A stretch of 64,000 nt of DNA, from contig JAUCBJ010001431.1 of NCBI GenBank assembly GCA_032718475.1, positions 71,350 through 135,349 of the forward strand, given 5' to 3'. This document shows, piece after piece, positions 48,701 to 59,100 of this stretch; the stretch's first letter is position 1, and every line of letters starts with the position of its first letter. A program made the translations under genes and the position numbers. The DNA is from Nemertoderma westbladi. Its lineage: Eukaryota > Animalia > Xenacoelomorpha. The notes beneath the pieces were generated by a model. The model had not been told where the DNA came from. It saw nothing but the letters and a program-made list of their open reading frames with translations, and ran no database searches.

Positions 48701-51573
48701 CGAGAGAGAGGTACGTGACGTACCGACGCGAAGAAGAGAGCAGCAGAGGGGGTCGAAGGGAAACTTTCCGTCGGGATGTACCTACCGATCGAGAATACGG
48801 TAGCCGCGGGGAGGACTATTCGAGAAGAATAAACTTCGATTCCGAGCACATACAGACTGTAGGACATACTGCAGGCCTTACTGCACATACCGTAGGCCAT
48901 GCTGACAGGAGCACCGTAGGCGATAGGATAGCGCGGACAACGGGATTAGACCCGGAAGTCGCGGAATACATTCCGGTAGGTAGGCCAGAAGCTGATAGGC
49001 CTATACCGGTACCAGTGCAGCAGTATGACTACAGCACCAAAGGTTATAACATATACCCAGGGGAGGGGGGAATTATTGCGGATAAATGCATGGGCCCCAA
49101 TATATTAACATCAACCCCAGTACCAAACATATTGGTGGGGGGGGGACAGGGTGACATTCCCCCATCGCAATATCAACAATATACCCCGATAGAAGCGAGA
49201 ACGAATCCCTTGGACGAAAACAAATCGTGTGACACAGAAATATGGAGGGGGCCGCTACCCCCAATGATATACCCAAGTCAGAGGAGAGCAGAGAATAGAA
49301 CGGGTGGACCGCACCAAGCAAGGGAAACCATGCAACACCCATCGAACCCATTAGAGGCGCAAGCAGTGGGGATGGCCACGTTAATCGATGCGTTAAAAAC
49401 AAGGATCGAGTTACCACCCGTGGAACCATTCAAATTCGATGGGAGTAGGCCGGAAGAATATCTTCAGTTTCGGCGCATGTATAGCAACGAGATACTAACA
49501 AAAAATTTGACGCAGGCGGAGTGCCTAAAGTATCTGCAAGTATACACGGGAGGCCCAGCATACGACATCGTGAGGCAATACCAGGGTATAGAAGGGGGCT
49601 TCACGACAGCATGGCGGGCACTGGACAGGGAATACGGGCACCCAGCCAAGATCATCAGGCAAACCCTGAGAGGCATAACAACGGGTGGCCTACAGGATAA
49701 TCCCGTTAGCATTAAGACGTTTGCTAACAAAGTTGAAAAGGCGCTGATCGTGTTAAAGACGTTGGACGCACCATACGAACTCAACGCGTCTAACAACATC
49801 ACCACGATAGCGCAGGCACTGCCGATCTGGTTACGAAGGAAGTGGAGGAAAATCGCTTTCTCCACACGGGAAGAGAAGGGTGTGGAACCGGGCCTAGAAG
49901 AGATGTCGAGCTTCTTGAACTATGAAGCCGAACTAATAACAGACCCAGTCTATAGCGAGGATAGTTTGGGGAAGGCACCTAAGACCGAATACAACTGGCC
50001 TGAACCCGAATATAATCCGACAGACCCATTCTCGGGAGTGGGACAATCACTACCACATGCGGCCACACAGGGGACTGCTAGTCCACAGTTAGCTGGTAGC
50101 AGGGCCACACCGTGGCGGGGACAGAAAGAAAATAACACCATAAATAAACATAATCCCAACATACCCAGTAGGCCGAGTACAGACAACCAAAACACTAAAT
50201 CGGTACATATAAACCTACGCGCGATACGTGAGGGACTATACAGGGAACGCTATAATCCAGGATTCGAATGTCAATTACATCGGGACGGAACACATAAGAC
50301 CAGGAGTTGTAAGCACTGGCAAGCGTTGCCCAAACAAGATCGTATAGCCTACACAGACGCAAACGGACTATGTCATCGATGTGTGGTAGAAGGACACAGG
50401 TCCGGAGAGTGTAGAGAAACAGCAGTCAGAGAGTCCGAGACTGGAGGCCAGGCAATGGCCACAAGCACGACAGAAGAGGAGAAGAAGAGAAAAGTACTAC
50501 TCGGGGTAGTACCAGTAAAGATATCAGGAGAGGGCGGTCGATCAGTAACGACATTAATGCTGGTCGACAGCGGAGCAGCCTTCACGCTGGTGGAGAACTG
50601 GGTGGCCGAAGAGATAGGGCTAAAGACAAGGCCGAATAGAATGGCGGTGACTACCGTCTCGAGTAAAGATGAGGTCCTGGAGACGAGGGCGGGGCGGTGC
50701 AGGATAGCAGCGATTGCACCGGGATGCGACTATGGGGCGACGATCGACCCCATCCACATCATCGAATCGATAAACATCAACGCCAGGCGACCAACCAACA
50801 TTGAGGTCGAGCAGTATAGATTCCTGGACGGTATCGATTTCTCAATACCAAAGGTGGACGTTAGGAAGGTGTCCATTATAGTAGGGATGGACTGCCCGAC
50901 GGCCCACGAGAGAACGAAGACGGTCTTCGGCGAAGACAGGCAGCGGGACCCGACGGCGATCCTCACGCCGTTCGGATGGACGCTTAGCGGCCCAGTTAAA
51001 ACTAAGATCCCATGCAGTGTGACAGAGACATCAGGGTGCATGTTACCAGGCACCGCAGGCGCAGAGGACGAAGAGGAGAAACAGGAGATAGTAGATCCAG
51101 ATAGGGAGGTGACAGTAAGAAAGTGGGCAGAGGAGAGTAGGTTTCCCAGCAAGCATCGGTATGGAGATGGAGCGGAGCGGATGGCGAGGTGTCCGGAGGA
51201 CAACACTCCGGGGGAGTGTCCAGAGGAGTGTCCGGAAGAGACGCAGGTCCGGTTTGGAGGCATACCGACAAGGGGGAAGTCGAGAAGGAAGGCAGGATGG
51301 AAAGGGATAGGACTATTATTCTACCTTCTGTTTTGCCTGTTCTTTCACTTTCTATTCATTCTGCCGGCGGGAGACAACAAGGAGGGAGGTGGCATTTTGA
51401 CGCCAGAGGGCGAGATAGTTAAGAAGGGGGCGGAGAGACCCGATTTCAGAGTGGCAGAAGAGGGAGAACCAATTCCTGGTGAGATGGAATTGGCGAAGAG
51501 AGTGCGGCGAATTCTACAGGACCTACAAGATCAGCAGTGGGAGAGTGCCTGTTGGAAGAATCGCCCTAGTTAA
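45772..51573 (+). CDS. 1933-aa BEL/Pao Gag-protease polyprotein with long N-terminal extension; no RT/RNase H/integrase core
   Basis: DUF1759-like ELPPVEPFKFDG..LKYLQVYTGGPA..AWRALDREYG, knuckles CQLHRDGTHKTRSC and CHRCVVEGHRSGEC, Pao protease VVPVKI..LVDSGA..IIVGMD..TPFGWTLSGP. Confidence 0.88.
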   Translation: MSESGEVTPTRTPDDDDLTIREAATRRYTPTTPEPSVPGEPGIRVEGDRLEPEIEPEDREIGLEEERDESTHSGDVDTDVAGQPQAEGDERPTETATVGPTVRRRTRRDDGDVDTDVAGQPQAEGDARPTGTATVGPPVRRRTRRDGRGVGDEDVGVSERLRRAYNATRRLIKEAREGKRIDEVKLNLGLGESNRHLYYLVRFGQRGLAEERATWVAEELYDSWRYGSIEPRVVYLGPYLIDARGIKTVGWNRPEEGEPEVDPAGSVSSVGGSSGKGGRASGSGRRRESVATDKSVTSSEKERRVREIEARHRFNVVVEANRELGRRLEEGRVMLERETVSIKELRERGERAARNLRECEEIELREEREREREREAEREKREAEREKREAEREREREEREARERRERREREEKREAEREKREAREESEREKREAREESERKERKARRREGIRRELELIEQEKRESKEKVTRVESGRIELEKQRDKFVEYTAVHAREVERARAGVSERGAGSNISEEPGAVDTFINTPLTGTTLRTRNWCDRTSGGGGNNTNTVDNANINNTVLDDSNQIFIAGNTLPNSNNIILNQNGSNIDVQSNSSDVVIQNSPNNLNNNPNSILQNNPNTVITQHIVSSFGAQDNHSGIINVDVSNAHSPAGEGLVGHVVSRPETAGLSQPGVSLVGHAVGRPETAGLSQPEMGLVGHVVSRAEVAGLGQPEVGLVGLVVSRPESAGLRQPEVGLVGQVVVERGAGVSGPSPNVNVVSTGEKCRDEVGNSEVRCGEWGGAPSAPPREISGEKGGAESAPQEGYRSVVRGTEVRSGGWGGATSTPPREVSDERGGAESVPQASADNARAEVGKPQHTATESNRGTASVPSGGRSSREMQVDAARGRTECQARSEERRRTVEFNREVNERSHEREYCTEGRRGEDDRRSIAANDRRVRTDSEPSVIEMEEESRWGRTTGDCRRPGETRPDEAHYAPRERYVTYRREEESSRGGRRETFRRDVPTDREYGSRGEDYSRRINFDSEHIQTVGHTAGLTAHTVGHADRSTVGDRIARTTGLDPEVAEYIPVGRPEADRPIPVPVQQYDYSTKGYNIYPGEGGIIADKCMGPNILTSTPVPNILVGGGQGDIPPSQYQQYTPIEARTNPLDENKSCDTEIWRGPLPPMIYPSQRRAENRTGGPHQARETMQHPSNPLEAQAVGMATLIDALKTRIELPPVEPFKFDGSRPEEYLQFRRMYSNEILTKNLTQAECLKYLQVYTGGPAYDIVRQYQGIEGGFTTAWRALDREYGHPAKIIRQTLRGITTGGLQDNPVSIKTFANKVEKALIVLKTLDAPYELNASNNITTIAQALPIWLRRKWRKIAFSTREEKGVEPGLEEMSSFLNYEAELITDPVYSEDSLGKAPKTEYNWPEPEYNPTDPFSGVGQSLPHAATQGTASPQLAGSRATPWRGQKENNTINKHNPNIPSRPSTDNQNTKSVHINLRAIREGLYRERYNPGFECQLHRDGTHKTRSCKHWQALPKQDRIAYTDANGLCHRCVVEGHRSGECRETAVRESETGGQAMATSTTEEEKKRKVLLGVVPVKISGEGGRSVTTLMLVDSGAAFTLVENWVAEEIGLKTRPNRMAVTTVSSKDEVLETRAGRCRIAAIAPGCDYGATIDPIHIIESININARRPTNIEVEQYRFLDGIDFSIPKVDVRKVSIIVGMDCPTAHERTKTVFGEDRQRDPTAILTPFGWTLSGPVKTKIPCSVTETSGCMLPGTAGAEDEEEKQEIVDPDREVTVRKWAEESRFPSKHRYGDGAERMARCPEDNTPGECPEECPEETQVRFGGIPTRGKSRRKAGWKGIGLLFYLLFCLFFHFLFILPAGDNKEGGGILTPEGEIVKKGAERPDFRVAEEGEPIPGEMELAKRVRRILQDLQDQQWESACWKNRPS

Positions 51574-51799
51574 GAGGTTTAGTCGTCCAATATTTTGGAC
51601 TGAGGGGGGTGGGAATGAGGGCGAGACGCCCTTCCCACAAGAAATTAATTATTTAATTAAAAATAAATAATAATAAATAATTAAATAATTAAAAATAATA
51701 GTTAGTAGAAGTAAGAAGTAGTTCGAAGATAGGAGAGTAGAGTTAGAAGGCGGCGGGGTAAGGGAGTGTGGCATATTGTCATGCCACGAGTAGTAGTAG

Positions 51800-52200
51800 G
51801 GGGGTCGTGGGCACCGGAAGCGCCACGTAGAAAGTAGCAGTGGTAGAGTGGTTGTGGGCACCGGAAGCGCCACGTAGAAAGTAGTAGCAGAGTGGTTGTG
51901 GGCACCGTTAGCGCCACGTAGATGGAGGTAGAGTTAGTAAGAGGGTACGTAGTACCGGTTGTGGTTGTGGGCACCGTTAGCGCCACGTAGATAGAGATAG
52001 AGTTAGTTGGAGGATTTTAGTCAGAGTTAGAAAAGAGTTAGTAGACTTAGCAGAAAGTTAGAGAGTTCTAGTTAGAGTTAGTAGAAAGTTAGAGGCTTTT
52101 AGTTAGAGCTAAAAGTAGTAAGAGTTAGCAGAGAGTAGAGTTAGTAGTTAGTAGAGTTAGATAGTTAGAGTTAGTAAGTTAGATAAGGTAGATAGTATGA
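51800..52200 (+). repeat. Short tandem repeats (GTGGGCACCG..GCGCCACGTAGA x4) and AGAGTTAG low-complexity tract in the element's 3' region
   Basis: Directly visible. Confidence 0.85.
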
Positions 52201-53127
52201 TAGCACAGGGGTAGCATTAGAGGTCAGGGCCTTAGAGAGTGGCAGAGATTAGAGAGGAAATAGTGAGAAGAGCTGTTGGCGAGAAGTTAAGAGTGCGATT
52301 CAGGTGTGGGGAGAGTGTAAGAGTGGGGAGAGAGCGAGTTGAGTTAGAGAGCGAAGTTAGAACGGTGAGAGTGTTGGGGAAACAAAAATTGTGTGAGAGA
52401 AGCGCACGATCGGCCCGACACGAGACGCCAGAGAGTAGTGACATCATACCCATAGGGAGCGGCCTGGAAAGCCGACTCCAAAAGAAAAGATTTCCACCCC
52501 ACACCCGATGCTAGATCGGGATCCAGCGGGATTGTAACGCACTTTATGGTTTGATGCTATCTTCACCGGGAAGATGGCATGGGGGGGAGTGTTAGCGAAT
52601 CAATCCCGCCAATACTCCACAAAGTTAAGCCAATAAGCAATATTGGGGGACACGAGATTAGGTCCCAAACCAACTCGTGTCTCCCCAACAGAATGGGAAG
52701 GAGAAGCACACAATAAGGGTCAGGGGTTAGTATCCTGACAAGGGAGAGAATAGCTGGGGTGAACGGGAACACCTCAAAGGGCGCCAACAAGGGTAGCAAC
52801 CAATCAGAGGGGGGCTGGCACCGATTGAGTAGCAATAAGGCCACCGTGCGATATAACCAGTAAGCAGTAATCATATTACCTCAGTTATCTCAGTGTTACT
52901 GGTGGTACAGTAAGTTACAATTAGGGAAGTACCGGGATTTTAGTTACCGTCATCCCGTCAACCTGTGAACGTCAGTGTATAACATCAATCTATATCTATA
53001 TCTATATCACGTCTCAAGATCACAATATAACGAACAACAGTAACCTCAACTTACACTCTTTCACACGGCGGGGACGCGTGAACTAAAACAGGATAAATCG
53101 GGTTCATCTCCGGATGATCCCGTCACA

Positions 53128-56100
53128 GTTAAACTCACCCAGTTTGATACAGAGACTAACTAATGTAAGTTAAACTTACCCAGTTTGATACAGAGACTAA
53201 CTAATGTAAGTTAAACTTACCCAGTTTGATACAGAGACTGATGTAAGTTAAACTTACCCAGTTTGATACAGAGACTGCTGTAAGTTAAACTTACCCAGTT
53301 TGATACAGAGACTAATGTAAGTTAAACTTACCCAGTTTGATACAGCGACTAACTAATGTAAGTTAAACTTACCCAGTTTGATACAGAGACTAATGTAAGT
53401 TAAACTTACCCAGTTTGATACAGAGACTGATGTAAGTTAAACTTACCCAGTTTGATACAGAGACTGATGTAAGTTAAACTTACCCAGTTTGATACAAAGA
53501 CTAACTAATGTAAGTTAAACTTACCCAGTTTGATACAGAGACTAATGTAAGTTAAACTTACCCAGTTTGATACAGAGACTAATGTAAGTTAAACTTACCC
53601 AGTTTGATACAGAGACTAATGTAAGTTAAACTTACCCAGTTTGATACAGAGACTAACTAATGTAAGTTAAACTTACCCAGTTTGATACAGAGACTAACTA
53701 ATGTAAGTTAAACTTACCCAGTTTGATACAGAGACTAATGTAAGTTAAACTTACCCAGTTTGATACAGAGACTGATGTAAGTTAAACTTACCCAGTTTGA
53801 TACAGAGACTGATGTAAGTTAAACTTACCCAGTTTGATACAGAGACTAACTAATGTAAGTTAAACTTACCCAGTTTGATACAGAGACTAATGTAAGTTAA
53901 ACTTACCCAGTTTGATACAGAGACTAATGTAAGTTAAACTTACCCAGTTTGATACAGAGACTAATGTAAGTTAAACTTACCCAGTTTGATACAGAGACTA
54001 ACTAATGTAAGTTAAACTTACCCAGTTTGATACAGAGACTAATGTAAGTTAAACTTACCCAGTTTGATACAGAGACTGATGTAAGTTAAACTTACCCAGT
54101 TTGATACAGAGACTAACTAATGTAAGTTAAACTTACCCAGTTTGATACAGAGACTAATGTAAGTTAAACTTACCCAGTTTGATACAGAGACTAATGTAAG
54201 TTAAACTTACCCAGTTTGATACAGAGACTAATGTATGTTAAACTTACCCAGTTTGATACAGAGACTGATGTAAGTTAAACTTACCCAGTTTGATACGGAG
54301 ACTAACTAATGTAAGTTAAACTTACCCAGTTTGATACAGAGACTAATGTAAGTTAAACTTACCCAGTTTGATACAGAGACTAATGTAAGTTAAACTTACT
54401 CAGTTTGATACAGAGACTAATGTAAGTTAAACTTACCCAGTTTGATACAGAGACTAACTAATGTAAGTTAAACTTACTCAGTTTGATACAGAGACTGATG
54501 TAAGTTAAACTTACCCAGTTTGATACAGAGACTAATGTAAGTTAAACTTACCCAGTTTGATACAGAGACTAATGTAAGTTAAACTTACCCAGTTTGATAC
54601 AGAGACTGATGTAAGTTAAACTTACCCAGTTTGATACGGAGACTAACTAATGTAAGTTAAACTTACCCAGTTTGATACAGAGACTAATGTAAGTTAAACT
54701 TACCCAGTTTGATACAGAGACTAATGTAAGTTAAACTTACTCAGTTTGATACAGAGACTAATGTAAGTTAAACTTACCCAGTTTGATACAGAGACTAACT
54801 AATGTAAGTTAAACTTACCCAGTTTGATACAGAGACTAACTAATGTAAGTTAAACTTACCCAGTTTGATACAGAGACTAATGTAAGTTAAACTTACCCAG
54901 TTTGATACAGAGACTAACTAATGTAAGTTAAACTTACCCAGTTTGATACAGAGACTAATGTAAGTTAAACTTACCCAGTTTGATACAGAGACTAATGTAA
55001 GTTAAACTTACTCAGTTTGATACAGAGACTAATGTAAGTTAAACTTACCCAGTTTGATACAGAGACTAACTAATGTAAGTTAAACTTACCCAGTTTGATA
55101 CAGAGACTGATGTAAGTTAAACTTACCCAGTTTGATACGGAGACTAACTAATGTAAGTTAAACTTACCCAGTTTGATACAGAGACTAATGTAAGTTAAAC
55201 TTACCCAGTTTGATACAGAGACTAATGTAAGTTAAACTTACTCAGTTTGATACAGAGACTAATGTAAGTTAAACTTACCCAGTTTGATACAGAGACTAAC
55301 TAATGTAAGTTAAACTTACTCAGTTTGATACAGAGACTGATGTAAGTTAAACTTACCCAGTTTGATACAGAGACTAATGTAAGTTAAACTTACCCAGTTT
55401 GATACAGAGACTGATGTAAGTTAAACTTAACCAGTTTGATACAGAGACTAACTAATGTAAGTTAAACTTACCCAGTTTGATACAGAGACTAATGTAAGTT
55501 AAACTTACCCAGTTTGATACAGAGACTAATGTAAGTTAAACTTACCCAGTTTGATACAGCGACTAATTTAAGTTAAACTTACCCAGTTTGATACAGAGAC
55601 TAATGTAAGTTAAACTTACCCAGTTTGATACAAAGACTGCTGTAAGTTAAACTTACCCAGTTTGATGCAGAGACTAACTAATGTAAGTTAAACTTACCCA
55701 GTTTGATAAAGAGACTAACTAATGTAAATTAAACTTACCCAGTTTGAATCAGAGACTAATGTAAGTTAAACTTACCCAGTTTGATACAGAGACTAACTAA
55801 TGTAAGTTAAACTTACCCAGTTTGATACAGAGACTAACTAATGTAAGTTAAACTTACCCAGTTTTATACAGAGACTAATGTAAGTTAAACTTATACAGTT
55901 TGATACAGAGACTAACAAATGTAAGTTAAACTTACCCAGTTTGATACAGAGACTAACTAATGTAAGTTAAACTTACCCAGTTTGATACAGAGACTAATGT
56001 AAGTTAAACTTATACAGTTTGATACAGAGACTAACTAATGTAAGTTAAACTTACCCAGTTTGATACAGAGACTAACTAATGTAAGTTAAACTTACCCAGT

Positions 56101-59100
56101 TTGATACAGAGACTAATGTAAGTTAAACTTACCCAGTTTGATACAGAGACTAACTAATGTAATTAAACTTACCCAGTTTGATACAGAGACTAATGTAAGT
56201 TAAACTTACCCAGTTTGATACAGAGACTAACTAATGTAACTTAAACTTACCCAGTTTGATACAGAGACTAATGTAAGTTAAACTTACCCAGTTTGATACA
56301 GAGACTAACTAATGTAAGTTAAACTTACCCAGTTTGATACAGAGACTAATGTAAGTTAAACTTACCCAGTTTGATACAGAGACTAACTAATGTAATTAAA
56401 CTTACCCAGTTTGATACAGAGAATAATGTAAGTTAAACTTACCCAGTTTGATACAGAGACTAACTAATGTAAGTTAAACTTACCCAGTTTGATACAGAGA
56501 CTAATGTAAGTTAAACTTACCCAGTTTGATGCAGAGACTAACTAATGTAAGTTAAACTTACCCAGTTTGATAAAGAGACTAACTAATGTAAATTAAACTT
56601 ACCCAGTTTGAATCAGAGACTAATGTAAGTTAAACTTACCCAGTTTGATACAGAGACTAACTAATGTAAGTTAAACTTACCCAGTTTGATACAGAGACTA
56701 ACTAATGTAAGTTAAACTTACCCAGTTTGATACAGAGACTAATGTAAGTTAAACTTATACAGTTTGATACAGAGACTAACTAATGTAAGTTAAACTTACC
56801 CAGTTTGATACAGAGACTAACTAATGTAAGTTAAACTTACCCAGTTTGATACAGAGACTAATGTAAGTTAAACTTATACAGTTTGATACAGAGACTAACT
56901 AATGTAAGTTAAACTTACCCAGTTTGATACAGAGACTAACTAATGTAAGTTAAACTTACCCAGTTTGATACAGAGACTAATGTAAGTTAAACTTACCCAG
57001 TTTGATACAGAGACTGATATAAGTTAAACTTACCCAGTTTGATACAGAGACTGCTGTAAGTTAAACTTACCCAGTTTGATGCAGAGACTAACTAATGTAA
57101 GTTAAACTTACCCAGTTTGATAAAGATACTAACTAATGTAAGTTAAACTTACCCAGTTTGATACAGAGACTAACTAATGTAAGTTAAACTTACCCAGTTT
57201 GATACAGAGACTAATGTAAGTTAAACTTACCCAGTTTGATACAGAGACTGATGTAAGTTAAACTTACCCAGTTTGATACAGAGACTAACTAATGTAAGTT
57301 AAACTTACTCAGTTTGATACAGAGACTAACTAATGTAAGTTAAACTTACCCAGTTTGATACAGAGACTAACTAATGTAAGTTAAACTTACCCAGTTTGAT
57401 ACAGAGACTAACTAATGTAAGTTAAACTTACCCAGTTTGATACAGAGACTAATGTAAGTTAAACTTACCCAGTTTGATACAGAGACTGATGTAAGTTAAA
57501 CTTACCCAGTTTGATACAGAGACTAACTAATGTAAGTTAAACTTACCCAGTTTGATACAGAGACTAACTAATGTAAGTTAAACTTACCCAGTTTGATACA
57601 GAGACTAACTAATGTAAGTTAAACTTACCCAGTTTGATACAGAGACTAACTAATGTAAGTTAAACTTACCCAGTTTGATACAGAGACTGATGTAAGTTAA
57701 ACTTACCCAGTTTGATACAGAGACTGATGTAAGTTAAACTTACCCAGTTTGATACAGAGACTGCTATAAGTTAAACTTACCCAGTTTGATACAGAGACTA
57801 ATTTAAGTTAAACTTACCCAGTTTGATACAGCGACTAATTTAAGTTAAACTTACCCAGTTTGATACAGAGACTAATGTAAGTTAAACTTACCCAGTTTGA
57901 TACAGCGACTAATTTAAGTTAAACTTACCCAGTTTGATACAGAGACTGATGTAAGTTAAACTTACCCAGTTTGATACAGAGACTGATGTAAGTTAAACTT
58001 ACCCAGTTTGATACAGAGACTGATGTAAGTTAAACTTACCCAGTTTGATACAGAGACTAACTAATGTAAGTTAAACTTACCCAGTTTGATACAGAGACTA
58101 ATGTAAGTTAAACTTATACAGTTTGATACAGAGACTAACTAATGTAAGTTAAACTTACCCAGTTTGATACAGAGACTAATGTAAGTTAAACTTACCCAGT
58201 TTGATGCAGAGACTAACTAATGTAAGTTAAACTTACCCAGTTTGATAAAGAGACTAACTAATGTAAATTAAACTTACCCAGTTTGAATCAGAGACTAATG
58301 TAAGTTAAACTTACCCAGTTTGATAGAGAGACTAACTAATGTAAGTTAAACTTACCCAGTTTGATACAGAGACTAACTAATGTAAGTTAAACTTACCCAG
58401 TTTGATACAGAGACTAATGTAAGTTAAACTTATACAGTTTGATACAGAGACTAACTAATGTAAGTTAAACTTACCCAGTTTGATACAGAGACTAACTAAT
58501 GTAAGTTAAACTTACCCAGTTTGATACAGAGACTAATGTAAGTTAAACTTATACAGTTTGATACAGAGACTAATGTAAGTTAAACTTACCCAGTTTGATA
58601 CAGAGACTGATATAAGTTAAACTTACCCAGTTTGATACAGAGACTAAGGTAAGTTAAACTTACCCAGTTTGATGCAGAGACTAACTAATGTAAGTTAAAC
58701 TTACCCAGTTTGATAAAGATACTAACTAATGTAAGTTAAACTTACCCAGTTTGATACAGAGACTAACTAATGTAAGTTAAACTTACCCAGTTTGATACAG
58801 AGACTAATGTAAGTTAAACTTACCCAGTTTGATACAGAGACTGATGTAAGTTAAACTTACCCAGTTTGATACAGAGACTAACTAATGTAAGTTAAACTTA
58901 CCCAGTTTGATAAAGATACTAACTAATGTAAGTTAAACTTACCCAGTGTGATACAGAGACTAACTAATGTAAGTTAAACTTACCCAGTTTGATACAGAGA
59001 CTAATGTAAGTTAAACTTACCCAGTTTGATACAGAGACTGATGTAAGTTAAACTTACCCAGTTTGATACAGAGACTAACTAATGTAAGTTAAACTTACCC

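Larger units (their letters stand above)
45166..53127 (+). mobile_element. Non-autonomous BEL/Pao-type LTR retrotransposon (7962 bp) inserted in the satellite
   Basis: Apparently identical 538-bp LTRs at 45166-45703 and 52590-53127 (TG..CA), TSD GTTAA, PPT GGGGGGGAG before the 3' LTR. Confidence 0.93.

Noticed and set aside
45115-52874. Minus-strand ORFs over the BEL element, including 46365-47420 and the LTR ORFs
   Set aside because: Antisense shadows of a purine-rich repetitive ORF and LTR, with no recognisable domains.
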